A stretch of 64,000 bases of DNA from Eubacterium sp. (GCA_017634475.1 JAGBNH010000117.1:4828-68827); one strand, 5' to 3'. Positions 50,446 to 61,215 are shown, numbered from the stretch's first letter. Notes: generated from the sequence alone by a model not told the origin. Numbers and translations are program-made.

Positions 50446-50529
50446 AGTGATATACATAATATATATTTTTATTATAATATTTCTTGTGATAAAATCAAGC
50501 AATATTACAGAACATAGGAGGAAACTATC

Positions 50530-51801
50530 ATGGGTATGACGATGACGCAGAAGATCCTTGCAGCACATGCCGGTCTTCCGGTGGTACACGCCGGAGATCT
50601 CATTGAGGCCGATCTGGATCTGGTACTCGGAAATGATGTCACCACACCGGTAGCCATCAACGAACTCTCGAAATTCAAAAAGAAGACCGTGTTCGACAAC
50701 ACAAAGATCGCCCTGGTAATGGACCATTTTACACCGAATAAGGACATCAAGAGTGCTGAGCATGTGAAGCAGGTAAGGGATTTCTCAAGAGAGAACAACA
50801 TCGTGAACTATTTCGATGTGGGACAGATGGGAATCGAACATGCCCTGCTTCCGGAGAAAGGCCTGATCGTTGCGGGCAACACCTGCATCGGTGCGGATTC
50901 TCACACCTGTACCTATGGAGCACTGGGTGCGTTCTCCACAGGTGTCGGTTCCACGGATATGGCAGCCGGCATGGTGACCGGTAAAGCCTGGTTCAAGGTT
51001 CCCTCAGCTATAAAATTCGTGATCACCGGCAAGAAGCCCCAGTGGATCAGCGGTAAGGATCTGATCCTTCATATCATAGGTAAGATCGGTGTGGACGGCG
51101 CCCGCTACAAGTCCATGGAATTCACAGGGGACGGCATCGCGGAGCTTTCCATGGATGACCGTTTTACCATTGCCAACATGGCCATCGAGGCCGGAGCAAA
51201 GAACGGTATCTTCCCTGTGGATGAGAAGACCATCGAATATATGAAGGAGCATGCTCCCAATAAGGAATACGCCGTATATGAAGCGGATGCGGATGCAGAG
51301 TATGATGAAGTGATCGAGATCGATCTCGGGGATCTTCGTCCTACAGTTTCCTTCCCGCATCTTCCGGAGAATACCAAAACCATCGATGAGATCCATGCCG
51401 ATGGGGATATCGAGATCGATCAGGTAGTGATCGGTTCCTGTACCAACGGACGGATCGAGGATATGCGGATCGCCGCTGACATCATGAACGGAAGGAAATG
51501 TGCAGCAGGTCTCCGTGTGATCATCATCCCGGGAACCCAGGCCATCTATCTTCAGATGATCCGTGAAGGTCTTGCAGAGATCTTCGTTGAGGCCGGAGCT
51601 ATTGTGTCCACCCCTACCTGCGGTCCCTGCCTTGGCGGTCATATGGGTATCCTTGCTCACGGTGAGCGTGCGGTATCCACCACCAACCGGAACTTTGTTG
51701 GCCGTATGGGCGCCATCGATTCCGAGATCTATCTCGCCAGCCCGGCAGTGGCTGCGGCATCAGCGATCCTGGGAAGGATCGCATCCCCGGAGGATCTGTA
51801 A
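50530..51801 (+). CDS. leuC: 3-isopropylmalate dehydratase large subunit (short type)
   Basis: [32 protein letters not shown]. Confidence 0.93.
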   Translation: MGMTMTQKILAAHAGLPVVHAGDLIEADLDLVLGNDVTTPVAINELSKFKKKTVFDNTKIALVMDHFTPNKDIKSAEHVKQVRDFSRENNIVNYFDVGQMGIEHALLPEKGLIVAGNTCIGADSHTCTYGALGAFSTGVGSTDMAAGMVTGKAWFKVPSAIKFVITGKKPQWISGKDLILHIIGKIGVDGARYKSMEFTGDGIAELSMDDRFTIANMAIEAGAKNGIFPVDEKTIEYMKEHAPNKEYAVYEADADAEYDEVIEIDLGDLRPTVSFPHLPENTKTIDEIHADGDIEIDQVVIGSCTNGRIEDMRIAADIMNGRKCAAGLRVIIIPGTQAIYLQMIREGLAEIFVEAGAIVSTPTCGPCLGGHMGILAHGERAVSTTNRNFVGRMGAIDSEIYLASPAVAAASAILGRIASPEDL

Positions 51802-51847
51802 ATAACCCGGGATATGGAAAACGGGGAGACCTTCGGCAGGATAGCTA

Positions 51848-51922
51848 GAGCCTGATCCATGAAGGATGGCGGGAGCCTGATCTATGAAGGATGGCGGGAA
51901 CCTGATCCATGAAGGAGGGGGG
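51848..51922 (+). repeat. three tandem 25-bp direct repeats
   Basis: GAGCCTGATCCATGAAGGATGGCGG / GAGCCTGATCTATGAAGGATGGCGG / GAACCTGATCCATGAAGGAGGGGGG. Confidence 0.9.
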
Positions 51923-51929
51923 AGGAACT

Positions 51930-52274
51930 ATGGTCGTTACAGGAATCATTTTATTTGTGGTTGCAGCAGGATGTCTCCTGCTGGGGATCCTGCAGATCCT
52001 GCAGAAGGGACCACTCATCAATAACGCATGGATCTATGCGGATGAAGAGCAGCGCCGCACCATGAATAAGACACCCCATTATCATCAGTCGGGGATCGTG
52101 TTTTCCATGATCGGACTCCAGTTCCTCATGCTGGGATTCTTCTGCATCACGAAGCTTTATTTCTTTCTTGCAGCAGAGTTTATCGTGATCGGACTGGTGG
52201 TGATCTTTGCAATCGTATCTTCGGTCATGATCGAAAGAAAGAACAAAAAAGAACATACGAAAACACAGGAATGA
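51930..52274 (+). CDS. small 3-TM membrane protein (DUF3784-like)
   Basis: TM-KGPLINNAWIYADEEQR-TM-TM; SD GGAGG. Confidence 0.7.
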   Translation: MVVTGIILFVVAAGCLLLGILQILQKGPLINNAWIYADEEQRRTMNKTPHYHQSGIVFSMIGLQFLMLGFFCITKLYFFLAAEFIVIGLVVIFAIVSSVMIERKNKKEHTKTQE

Positions 52275-52319
52275 GCATACCGGTGAATGTACGGTATGGA
52301 TATACATAAGGAGGTGCAC

Positions 52320-52808
52320 ATGAAAGCACACGGAACAGTACATAAGTATGGTGACAATGTGGATACGGATGTCATCATCCCCGCAAGGTATCTGAACACT
52401 GCGGATCCTGCGGAGCTGGCAAAGAACTGCATGGAGGATATCGACAAGGATTTTGTAAAGCGCGTGAAGGCAGGAGATATCATGGTGGCCGGCAAGAACT
52501 TCGGCTGCGGATCCTCCCGTGAGCATGCCCCCATCGCCATCAAGGCTGCGGGCATCAGCTGCGTTATCGCAGATACCTTTGCCCGGATCTTCTATCGGAA
52601 TTCCATCAATATCGGACTTCCCATCATTGAGTGCCCGGCAGCGGCTGCCGAGATCAAGGCAGGGGATGTGGTATCCATCAACTTTGACAGCGGAGAGATC
52701 ACGGATGAGACCACGGGTAAGACCTACCAGGGACAGGCTTTCCCGCCCTTTATGCAGAGCATTATCCAGAGCGGCGGACTGATCAATTCCATTAATGCGA
52801 AGGAGTGA
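52320..52808 (+). CDS. leuD: 3-isopropylmalate dehydratase small subunit
   Basis: [33 protein letters not shown]. Confidence 0.95.
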   Translation: MKAHGTVHKYGDNVDTDVIIPARYLNTADPAELAKNCMEDIDKDFVKRVKAGDIMVAGKNFGCGSSREHAPIAIKAAGISCVIADTFARIFYRNSINIGLPIIECPAAAAEIKAGDVVSINFDSGEITDETTGKTYQGQAFPPFMQSIIQSGGLINSINAKE

Positions 52809-52923
52809 TCCAAATGTGGGATATTCTGTTCTGAATTTTTTTTGATTCCGGCGTGGAAGAGAGCTCTGAAGAAGAACAGACGGAAAATATGTACCTTGTG
52901 AAGGTACGGATTTGGAGGAAATC

Positions 52924-54006
52924 ATGGTTTGTAATATCGGTGTGATCAAGGGCGACGGCATCGGCCCGGAGATCGTAACGGAAGCACAGAAGGTGCTGGA
53001 TGCGGTAGGAAAGAAGTACGGACATACATTTAACTACGAAGATATTCTGATGGGAGGCTGCTCCATCGACGCCACGGGAGAACCCCTGACGGATGAGGCA
53101 GTGGCCGTGGCGAAGACCAAGGATGCGATCCTGCAGGGGTCCATCGGCGGAAATACCCAGACCTCTCCCTGGTATAAGCTTCCCCCGAACAAGCGGCCGG
53201 AAGCAGGACTCTTAAAGATCCGGAAGGAGCTGGGACTTTTCGCAAACCTCCGTCCCGCCTATCTCTATCCGGAACTGAAGGAAGCATGCCCGTTAAAGGA
53301 GAGCGTAGCCGAGAGGGGCTTCGACATGATGATCATGCGGGAACTCACCGGAGGACTCTACTTTGGAGAGAGATATACGAAGGAGATCAACGGGAAACTC
53401 ACGGCAGTGGATACCCTTCTCTATTCTGAGGATGAGATCCGCAGGATCGCCATCAAGGGTTTTGATATCGCCATGAAGCGCCGGAAGAAGGTTACGCTTG
53501 TGGACAAGGCAAATGTGCTGGATTCCTCCCGCCTGTGGCGTAAGATCACCGAGGAAGTGGCAAAGGATTATCCGGAGGTGACCTTCGAGACCATGCTGGT
53601 GGACAATGCAGCCATGCAGCTGGTTAAGGATCCCGCCCAGTTCGATGTCATGCTGACGGAGAATATGTTCGGCGACATCCTGTCAGACGAGGCCTCCATG
53701 ATCACCGGATCCATCGGTATGCTGGCTTCCGCGTCCCTGAACGAGACGAAGTTCGGCCTCTACGAGCCCTCCGGCGGATCTGCTCCCGACATCGCGGGAA
53801 AGAACATTGCGAACCCCATCGCCACCATTCTTTCCGCAGCCATGATGCTGCGCTACAGCTTCGATCTGGATAAGGAAGCAGACGCCATCGAGAATGCGGT
53901 AAAGCAGGTACTTGAGGAAGGCTACCGCACCATTGATATCGCAAAGCCCGGTGAACCCCAGGTAAAGACGGATGAGATGGGAACACTGATCGCAGAGAGA
54001 GTATAA
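52924..54006 (+). CDS. leuB: 3-isopropylmalate dehydrogenase
   Basis: [34 protein letters not shown]. Confidence 0.96.
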   Translation: MVCNIGVIKGDGIGPEIVTEAQKVLDAVGKKYGHTFNYEDILMGGCSIDATGEPLTDEAVAVAKTKDAILQGSIGGNTQTSPWYKLPPNKRPEAGLLKIRKELGLFANLRPAYLYPELKEACPLKESVAERGFDMMIMRELTGGLYFGERYTKEINGKLTAVDTLLYSEDEIRRIAIKGFDIAMKRRKKVTLVDKANVLDSSRLWRKITEEVAKDYPEVTFETMLVDNAAMQLVKDPAQFDVMLTENMFGDILSDEASMITGSIGMLASASLNETKFGLYEPSGGSAPDIAGKNIANPIATILSAAMMLRYSFDLDKEADAIENAVKQVLEEGYRTIDIAKPGEPQVKTDEMGTLIAERV

Positions 54007-54020
54007 CATATAAAGTAACA

Positions 54021-54092
54021 TGTCATCCTGAGCGAAGCGAAGGATCCCGTGGGAAGAGTGAAAGGATTCTTCGCCTGCGGCTCAGAATGACG
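54021..54092. repeat. inverted dimer of REP-like palindromic units ([C/T]GTC-tagged)
   Basis: TGTCATCCTGAGCGAAGCGAAGGATC at 54021-54046 and inverted CGTCATTCTGAGCCGCAGGCGAAGAATCC at 54092-54064. Confidence 0.88.
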
Positions 54093-54131
54093 TGATCCGA
54101 AAAGAGTGACAGATTAAGAAGGGAGAACACT

Positions 54132-55802
54132 ATGAAAAGTGACAACATGAAATGCGGTCTGCAGCAGGCACCTGCACGTTCTCTGCTGAACGCACTGGGA
54201 TATACCCATGAAGAGATAAAGAAACCCATGGTCGGCATCGTATGCTCCTACAATGAGATCGTGCCCGGCCACATGAACCTGGATAAGATCGCCGAGGCAG
54301 TAAAGCTCGGCGTTGCCGAAGCCGGCGGTACGCCGGTAATGTTCCCGGCCATCGCAGTCTGCGACGGTATCGCCATGGGACATATCGGTATGAAGTATTC
54401 TCTGGTGACCCGTGATCTCATTGCGGATTCCACAGAGGCTATGGCCATCGCCCATCAGTTTGACGCATTGGTCATGATCCCCAACTGCGATAAAAATGTA
54501 CCGGGTCTCCTTATGGCAGCAGCCCGTGTAAATGTACCGACAGTATTCGTATCCGGCGGCCCCATGCTGGCCGGTCATGTGAAGGGACGGAAGCGCAGCC
54601 TTTCCTCCATGTTCGAAGCCGTAGGCGAGTACACTGCCGGTAAGATCAGCGAGCAGGATGTAGTGGATTTCGAAGAAAATGTCTGCCCCACCTGCGGTTC
54701 TTGTTCCGGTATGTATACCGCCAACTCCATGAACTGCCTGACCGAGGTGCTGGGTATGGGTCTTCCCGGAAACGGAACCATCCCCGCCGTATATTCCGAA
54801 CGTCTCCGTCTGGCCAAGAAGGCAGGCTATGCCGTTATGGATATGCTGGCAAAGAACATCCGTCCCCGGGATATCATCACAAAGGATGCGATCCTGAACG
54901 CTCTGACAGTAGATATGGCACTGGGCTGTTCCACTAACTCCATGCTGCATCTTCCGGCCATCGCTCATGAGATCGGCTTTGACTTTGACATTTCCTTTGC
55001 AAATCCCATCAGTGAGAAGACCCCGAATCTCTGCCATCTGGCACCGGCAGGCCCCACCTACATGGAAGACCTGAACGAAGCCGGCGGCGTATATGCAGTG
55101 ATCAAGGAGCTGTGCGATCTGGGTCTTATCCATGAGGATTGCATGACCGTCACCGGAAAGACCATCGGTGAGGCAGTGAAGAATTCGGTGAACCGTGATC
55201 CCGAGGTGATCCGTCCCACCGACAACCCGTATTCCAGGACCGGCGGTCTGGCTGTCCTTAAGGGCAATCTTGCACCGGACGGTTCCGTGGTAAAGCGTTC
55301 CGCAGTGGTTCCGGAAATGCTGAAGCATGAAGGACCTGCCAGAGTATTTGATTCCGAAGAGGATGCCATTGCAGCCATCCTGGGCGGAAAGATCGTGGCC
55401 GGTGATGTCGTTGTCATCCGTTACGAAGGCCCCAAGGGCGGCCCGGGTATGCGGGAAATGCTGAATCCCACATCTGCCATCGCCGGTATGGGTCTCGGCT
55501 CTACCGTGGCTCTCGTCACCGACGGACGTTTCTCCGGAGCAAGCCGCGGCGCTTCCATCGGACATGTATCTCCTGAGGCAGCTGTTGGCGGCCCCATCGC
55601 TCTGGTGGAAGAGGGAGATAGGATCGAGATCGACATCAACAATTACTCCATCACCCTGAAGGTCAGCGATGAAGAGCTGGCAAAGCGGAAGGCTGCATGG
55701 ACCCCCAGAGAGCCCAAGGTGACCACCGGTTATCTGGCACGGTATGCTTCCATGGTGACCAGCGGTAACCGCGGAGCGATCCTGGAGATCCCGAAAAACT
55801 AA
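54132..55802 (+). CDS. ilvD: dihydroxy-acid dehydratase
   Basis: [40 protein letters not shown]. Confidence 0.97.
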   Translation: MKSDNMKCGLQQAPARSLLNALGYTHEEIKKPMVGIVCSYNEIVPGHMNLDKIAEAVKLGVAEAGGTPVMFPAIAVCDGIAMGHIGMKYSLVTRDLIADSTEAMAIAHQFDALVMIPNCDKNVPGLLMAAARVNVPTVFVSGGPMLAGHVKGRKRSLSSMFEAVGEYTAGKISEQDVVDFEENVCPTCGSCSGMYTANSMNCLTEVLGMGLPGNGTIPAVYSERLRLAKKAGYAVMDMLAKNIRPRDIITKDAILNALTVDMALGCSTNSMLHLPAIAHEIGFDFDISFANPISEKTPNLCHLAPAGPTYMEDLNEAGGVYAVIKELCDLGLIHEDCMTVTGKTIGEAVKNSVNRDPEVIRPTDNPYSRTGGLAVLKGNLAPDGSVVKRSAVVPEMLKHEGPARVFDSEEDAIAAILGGKIVAGDVVVIRYEGPKGGPGMREMLNPTSAIAGMGLGSTVALVTDGRFSGASRGASIGHVSPEAAVGGPIALVEEGDRIEIDINNYSITLKVSDEELAKRKAAWTPREPKVTTGYLARYASMVTSGNRGAILEIPKN

Positions 55803-55840
55803 ACGCAGCGTAAATGATAGCGTTTACATGGATTTCCATC

Positions 55841-55869
55841 TTGTCACGAAAAAAAATAAGTGCTATATT
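55841..55869 (+). promoter_or_regulatory. sigma-A-type promoter of ilvB
   Basis: TTGTCA-17-TATATT with TG extension. Confidence 0.6.
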
Positions 55870-55917
55870 ATTGACATTTCTTACAGAACAGAAGTCATTC
55901 TGCCAGGAGGATAACAG

Positions 55918-57606
55918 ATGAAACAATTAACAGGTTCAGAAATCGTAATCGAATGTCTGAAGGAACAGGGCGTTGATACGGTATTTGGCTATCCCGGAGG
56001 GACGATCCTTAACGTCTATGACGAGCTGTATAAGCACTCCAAGGAGATCCGTCACATCCTGACCAGTCACGAGCAGGGAGCTGCTCATGCCGCTGACGGA
56101 TATGCCAGAGCTACCGGCAAGGTCGGTGTCTGCATGGCTACCAGCGGACCGGGTGCAACAAACCTTGTCACCGGTATCGCCACAGCCTACATGGATTCCG
56201 TACCGCTGGTTGCCATCACCGCAAATGTAGGTGTTGCGCTTCTCGGTAAGGACAGCTTCCAGGAGATCGATATCGCAGGCGTGGTAATGCCCATCACAAA
56301 GCACAGCTTCATCGTAAAGGATGTACATCAGCTGGCAGAGACCATTCGCCGGGCATTTTCCATTGCCAGGAGCGGAAGACCGGGGCCGGTGCTTGTGGAT
56401 ATCACCAAGGATGTAACTGCCGCAAAGGCAGATTATACTCCGAAGAAACCGGCAGCCATCAAGCGTGTGACCAATACCATCAAGGATGAGGATATCAGCA
56501 CCGCAGTTGCCATGATCAAAGCATCCAAGAGGCCCTTTATCCTGGTTGGCGGCGGCGCCACCATTTCCGGTGCATCTGCAGAGCTGGCAGAGTTCGCCAA
56601 CAAGATCGATGCTCCGGTATGCGATACCCTGATGGGTAAGGGTGCATTTGACGGAACAAGCCCCCGGTATACCGGTATGATCGGTATGCACGGAACCAAG
56701 GCCTCTAACTTCGGTGTAAATATGGCAGATCTGCTCATCGTTGTGGGCGCTCGTTTCTCCGACCGCGTGATCGGAAATGCGGCAAAGTTCGCCAACGGCG
56801 CAAAGATCCTGCATATCGATATCGATGCGGCTGAGATCAATAAGAACATCCTGGTGGATGCCAGCGTGATCGGTGATGCGAAGGAGATCCTGAAGCGGAT
56901 CAACGCCGAGCTTACACCGTCCAGGAAGGCTTCCTGGATGAAGGAGATCAAGACGCTGATCAAGGAGAACCCCATGACCTATGACATGGAGCACCTGACC
57001 GGTCCGGCCATCATCAGCAAGATCTATAAGGAAACCAAGGGCAATGCCATCATTACCACAGACGTTGGACAGCATCAGATGTGGGCAGCACAGTATTACA
57101 AATATGCTAAGCCCCGTCAGTTCCTGACCTCCGGCGGTCTGGGAACCATGGGTTACGGCCTGGGCGCATGTATCGGCGCAAAGACAGGACAGCCCACCAG
57201 GACGGTGATCAATATCGCCGGTGACGGATGCTTCCGTATGAACCTGCAGGAGCTGGCTACCGCATCCCGTGAGAATATCCATGTGATCGAGATCGTCATC
57301 AATAACCATGTTCTCGGTATGGTACGTCAGTGGCAGACCCTGTTCTACGGAAAGCGTTATTCCAACACCATGCTGGAGGATAAGGTAAACTTCCAGAAGG
57401 TGGCAGAGGGCCTGGGTGCCACAGCCTATACGGTAAGAACCGTGGCTGAATTCGATAAGGCACTGAAGGCAGCACTGAAGGGTGAAGGCCCTCAGGTGAT
57501 CGACTGCCAGATCGGCATGGATGATAAGGTATGGCCGATGGTAGCTCCCGGCGCAGCAATTGAAACCTGCTTTGCTTCCGAGGAAGAGCTGAACAAGAAT
57601 AAATAA
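55918..57606 (+). CDS. ilvB: acetolactate synthase large subunit
   Basis: FGYPGG, HEQGAAHAADGYAR, DVGQHQMWAAQ, GDGCF.MN, GMVRQWQ. Confidence 0.96.
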   Translation: MKQLTGSEIVIECLKEQGVDTVFGYPGGTILNVYDELYKHSKEIRHILTSHEQGAAHAADGYARATGKVGVCMATSGPGATNLVTGIATAYMDSVPLVAITANVGVALLGKDSFQEIDIAGVVMPITKHSFIVKDVHQLAETIRRAFSIARSGRPGPVLVDITKDVTAAKADYTPKKPAAIKRVTNTIKDEDISTAVAMIKASKRPFILVGGGATISGASAELAEFANKIDAPVCDTLMGKGAFDGTSPRYTGMIGMHGTKASNFGVNMADLLIVVGARFSDRVIGNAAKFANGAKILHIDIDAAEINKNILVDASVIGDAKEILKRINAELTPSRKASWMKEIKTLIKENPMTYDMEHLTGPAIISKIYKETKGNAIITTDVGQHQMWAAQYYKYAKPRQFLTSGGLGTMGYGLGACIGAKTGQPTRTVINIAGDGCFRMNLQELATASRENIHVIEIVINNHVLGMVRQWQTLFYGKRYSNTMLEDKVNFQKVAEGLGATAYTVRTVAEFDKALKAALKGEGPQVIDCQIGMDDKVWPMVAPGAAIETCFASEEELNKNK

Positions 57607-57656
57607 TATCGTAATCGATTGAACAATTTGAATCTAATTTATGGAGGATATAAAAA

Positions 57657-58739
57657 ATGGCACGTGTTTACAACTTTTCTGCAGGACCTTCCGTACTTCC
57701 GGAAGTCGTATTAAAGCAGGCAGCTGAGGAGATGATGGATTACAAGGGAAGCGGCATGAGCGTTATGGAAATGAGCCACCGTTCCAAGGTATATGACAAC
57801 ATCATCAAGGAAGCTGAGCAGGATCTTCGGGATCTGATGAACATCCCGGACAACTACAAGGTACTGTTCCTGCAGGGCGGTGCATCTCAGCAGTTCGCAG
57901 CAGTTCCCATGAACCTGATGAAGAACGGTGTGGCTGATTACATCATCACCGGTCAGTGGGCAAAGAAGGCATACCAGGAAGCAAAGAAGTACGGCAAGGC
58001 AAATGCAGTAGCTTCTTCCGAGGACAAGACCTTCTCCTACATTCCGGATTGCTCCGATCTTCCCATCTCTGAGGATGCAGACTATGTATATATCTGCCAT
58101 AACAATACGATCTACGGAACCGCTTTCCACAAGCTTCCCAACACCAAGGGCAAGATCCTGGTAGCAGATATGTCTTCCGACATTCTGTCCCAGCCGGTAA
58201 ATGTATCCGATTACGGCCTCATTTACTTCGGTGTACAGAAGAACGTTGGACCTGCCGGTGTGGTTGTAGTGATCATCCGTGAGGACCTGATCCGCGATGA
58301 CCTTCCGGAATTTGTTCCCACCATGCTGAAGTACAAGACGCAGGCAGATGCAGAGTCTCTGTACAACACACCTCCGTGCTATGGTATCTATATCTGCGGC
58401 CTGGTATTCAAGTGGGTTAAGGATATGGGCGGCCTTAAGGCAATGAAGGAGCATAACGAGAAGAAGGCAAAGATCCTGTACGATTTCCTGGACCAGAGCA
58501 AGATGTTCAAGGGAACTGTTGTGAAGGAAGACCGTTCTCTGATGAATGTTCCCTTCGTAACCGGAAATGATGAGCTGGATGCCAAGTTCGTTAAGGAAGC
58601 AACCGCAGCAGGCTTTGTAAACCTGAAGGGTCACAGATCCGTAGGCGGTATGCGCGCATCCATCTACAACGCAATGCCCATCGAAGGCGTAGAGAAGCTG
58701 GTTGCCTTCATGAAGGAATTCGAAGAGAAAAATGCATAG
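57657..58739 (+). CDS. serC: phosphoserine aminotransferase
   Basis: YNFSAGP, EMSHRS, DMSS, QKNVGPAG, GHRSVGGMRASIYNA. Confidence 0.97.
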   Translation: MARVYNFSAGPSVLPEVVLKQAAEEMMDYKGSGMSVMEMSHRSKVYDNIIKEAEQDLRDLMNIPDNYKVLFLQGGASQQFAAVPMNLMKNGVADYIITGQWAKKAYQEAKKYGKANAVASSEDKTFSYIPDCSDLPISEDADYVYICHNNTIYGTAFHKLPNTKGKILVADMSSDILSQPVNVSDYGLIYFGVQKNVGPAGVVVVIIREDLIRDDLPEFVPTMLKYKTQADAESLYNTPPCYGIYICGLVFKWVKDMGGLKAMKEHNEKKAKILYDFLDQSKMFKGTVVKEDRSLMNVPFVTGNDELDAKFVKEATAAGFVNLKGHRSVGGMRASIYNAMPIEGVEKLVAFMKEFEEKNA

Positions 58740-58746
58740 ATATCCA

Positions 58747-58779
58747 TGTCATCCTGAGGAGCGAAGCGACGAAGGATCT
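58747..58779 (+). repeat. single REP-like palindromic unit, same family as 54021
   Basis: TGTCATCCTGAGGAGCGAAGCGACGAAGGATCT. Confidence 0.85.
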
Positions 58780-58814
58780 TTACATCAAAAAACTGAAAAA
58801 ATAGGAGAACGATC

Positions 58815-59975
58815 ATGACTAAGGTAAAATGCCTGAATCCCATCGCAGCCTGCGGACTGGATCTGCTGGGCGAGAATTATACTGTAACTGATGATGCCGA
58901 TGCAGAGGCCATTCTGGTCCGCAGCGCATCCATGCATGAGATGGAGCTTTCCGATAAGCTTCTGGCTGTTGCCCGCGCCGGCGCAGGCGTAAATAACATC
59001 CCTCTGGACAAATGTGCAGAGCAGGGTATCGTAGTTTTCAATACTCCCGGTGCAAACGCAAACGGTGTTAAGGAGCTGGTAGTTGCCGGTATGCTTCTGG
59101 CAGCCCGCGACATCATCGGCGGCGCAAACTGGGTAGCTGCAAATGCTTCGGATGAGAACATTGCAAAGACTGCCGAGAAGGAGAAGAAGAAGTTTGCCGG
59201 AACCGAGATCCTGGGCAAGAAGCTTGGTGTTATCGGCCTCGGTGCCATCGGTGCCAAGGTAGCCAACATCGGCGTTCGTCTCGGCATGGAGGTTTATGGT
59301 TACGATCCCTTCGTATCCGTAGACGCTGCATGGGGACTGTCCCGTTCCGTAAAGCATATCACCAATGTGAATGACATTTACGCAAACTGCGATTATATCA
59401 CCATTCATGTTCCGCTTCTGGATTCCACCAAGGGCATGATCAATGCAGAGGCCATCAAGCAGATGAAGGACGGCGCAGTGATCCTGAACTTCGCCCGGGA
59501 TATCCTGTGCGATGAAGAAGCAGTACTTGCAGGCATCGAGTCCGGAAAGATCGCAAGATATGTGACGGATTTCGCAAACCCGACAGTTGCAGGCAAGAAG
59601 GGCGTTATCGTTACTCCGCACCTTGGAGCTTCCACCGAAGAATCCGAAGATAACTGCGCAGTTATGGCTGTAAAGGAGCTCAAGGACTTCTTCGAGAACG
59701 GAAATGTAAAGAACTCCGTAAATTATCCCGCATGCGATGCAGGAATCTGCCAGGATGCAGGGCGTATCACCGTATGCCACAAGAATATCCCCAATATGCT
59801 GACTCAGTTTACCGGACTTTTTGCATCCAAGGGCGTGAATGTATCCGAGATGGTTTCCAAGTCCCGTGGCGACTACGCATATACCATCCTGGACATCAGC
59901 ACTGCAGCTTCTCAGGATGTTGCAGATGCCATTGCTGCAATCGACGGTGTAGTACGCGTAAGAGTGATCAAATAA
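58815..59975 (+). CDS. serA: D-3-phosphoglycerate dehydrogenase with ACT domain
   Basis: RAGAGVNNI, GVIGLGAIG, TPHLGAST, HKNIPNML; follows serC. Confidence 0.93.
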   Translation: MTKVKCLNPIAACGLDLLGENYTVTDDADAEAILVRSASMHEMELSDKLLAVARAGAGVNNIPLDKCAEQGIVVFNTPGANANGVKELVVAGMLLAARDIIGGANWVAANASDENIAKTAEKEKKKFAGTEILGKKLGVIGLGAIGAKVANIGVRLGMEVYGYDPFVSVDAAWGLSRSVKHITNVNDIYANCDYITIHVPLLDSTKGMINAEAIKQMKDGAVILNFARDILCDEEAVLAGIESGKIARYVTDFANPTVAGKKGVIVTPHLGASTEESEDNCAVMAVKELKDFFENGNVKNSVNYPACDAGICQDAGRITVCHKNIPNMLTQFTGLFASKGVNVSEMVSKSRGDYAYTILDISTAASQDVADAIAAIDGVVRVRVIK

Positions 59976-60003
59976 ATTGAATTGATCGTTCAAAACTATC
60001 AAT

Positions 60004-60032
60004 TTGCATCATGATGTGAGCTAAGGTATAAT
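60004..60032 (+). promoter_or_regulatory. sigma-A-type promoter of asd
   Basis: TTGCAT-17-TATAAT. Confidence 0.75.
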
Positions 60033-60101
60033 ACGCTCAAAGCCGGGGGCGGATCATTTTCGGTACGCCCCCGAAACTATGAGCGGAAGGAGTATAGGAT
60101 T

Positions 60102-61199
60102 ATGGATAAGAAACTGAAAGTCGGTATCTTAGGAGCGACCGGTATGGTAGGACAGCGGTTCATCTCCCTGCTGGAAAAACACCCCTGGTATGAAGTGGTG
60201 ACCGTTGCAGCATCCCCCAGGAGCGCAGGCAAGACCTACGCTGAGGCAGTGGAAGGACGCTGGAAGATGGATACACCCATCCCGGAAGCAGTTAAGGATC
60301 TGGTATTATACAACGTAAATGAAGTAGAGAAGGTTGCTGCGACCGTAGATTTTGTTTTCAGTGCAGTGGACATGACCAAGGACGAGATCAAGGCCATTGA
60401 GGAAGCTTATGCCAGGACAGAGACTCCGGTGGTTTCCAACAACAGCGCACATCGCTGGACCCCGGATGTTCCCATGGTGGTTCCGGAACTGAACCCGGAG
60501 CATTATGAAGTCATCAAGTATCAGAAGGAACGTCTCGGAACGAAGTTCGGCTTCATCGCAGTTAAGCCGAATTGCTCCATCCAGAGCTACGCACCCGCTC
60601 TTTTTGCCCTGAAGGAGTATGAACCCCAGGAGGTTGTGGTATCCACCTATCAGGCCATCTCCGGAGCAGGAAAGACCTTTAAGGACTGGCCGGAAATGGA
60701 AGGAAATATCATCCCCTACATCGGCGGCGAGGAAGAGAAGAGTGAGCAGGAGCCCCTTCGGATCTGGGGTAAGGTTGAGGACGGCGTTATCAAGAAATGT
60801 GAAAACGGACCGAAGATCACCAGCCAGTGCATCCGTGTGCCGGTGCTGAACGGACATACGGCAACCGTATTTGTGAACTTCAAAAAGAAGCCCACAAAGG
60901 AAGAGATCATCGAGAAGTGGAGAAGCTTTAAGGGCGAGCCCCAGGAGCTGAACCTTCCTTCTGCACCCAAGCAGTTCATACAGTATCTGGAAGAGGATAA
61001 CCGTCCGCAGATCGCTCTGGATGTGAATTTTGAGAACGGCATGGGCGTATCCATGGGACGTCTCCGTGAGGACAGCCTTTTTGATTACAAGTTCGTGGGC
61101 CTGTCCCACAACACCCTTCGCGGTGCTGCCGGCGGCGCTGTACTTTCCGCTGAGCTGCTTACGGCAAAGGGCTATATCAAGGCCAAGGATGAGCGGTAA
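60102..61199 (+). CDS. asd: aspartate-semialdehyde dehydrogenase (archaeal/eukaryotic-like clade)
   Basis: GATGMVGQRF, KPNCS, QAISGAG, RVPVLNGH, HNTLRGAAG. Confidence 0.96.
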   Translation: MDKKLKVGILGATGMVGQRFISLLEKHPWYEVVTVAASPRSAGKTYAEAVEGRWKMDTPIPEAVKDLVLYNVNEVEKVAATVDFVFSAVDMTKDEIKAIEEAYARTETPVVSNNSAHRWTPDVPMVVPELNPEHYEVIKYQKERLGTKFGFIAVKPNCSIQSYAPALFALKEYEPQEVVVSTYQAISGAGKTFKDWPEMEGNIIPYIGGEEEKSEQEPLRIWGKVEDGVIKKCENGPKITSQCIRVPVLNGHTATVFVNFKKKPTKEEIIEKWRSFKGEPQELNLPSAPKQFIQYLEEDNRPQIALDVNFENGMGVSMGRLREDSLFDYKFVGLSHNTLRGAAGGAVLSAELLTAKGYIKAKDER

Positions 61200-61215
61200 T
61201 CATTCATGAGAAAAT

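Noticed and set aside
50404-50763. N-terminal extension of the LysR ORF in the track (456 aa)
   Set aside because: It overlaps leuC and the divergent promoter region; the HTH starts at ATG 50403, which has an SD.
51848-51922. 25-bp repeats as a possible CRISPR array
   Set aside because: The units abut with no unique spacers, and no cas genes are present.
55803-55917. T-box or attenuator before ilvB (also checked before leuC, serC, ilvD and hisH)
   Set aside because: The regions are too short and lack a T-box motif or leader peptide.
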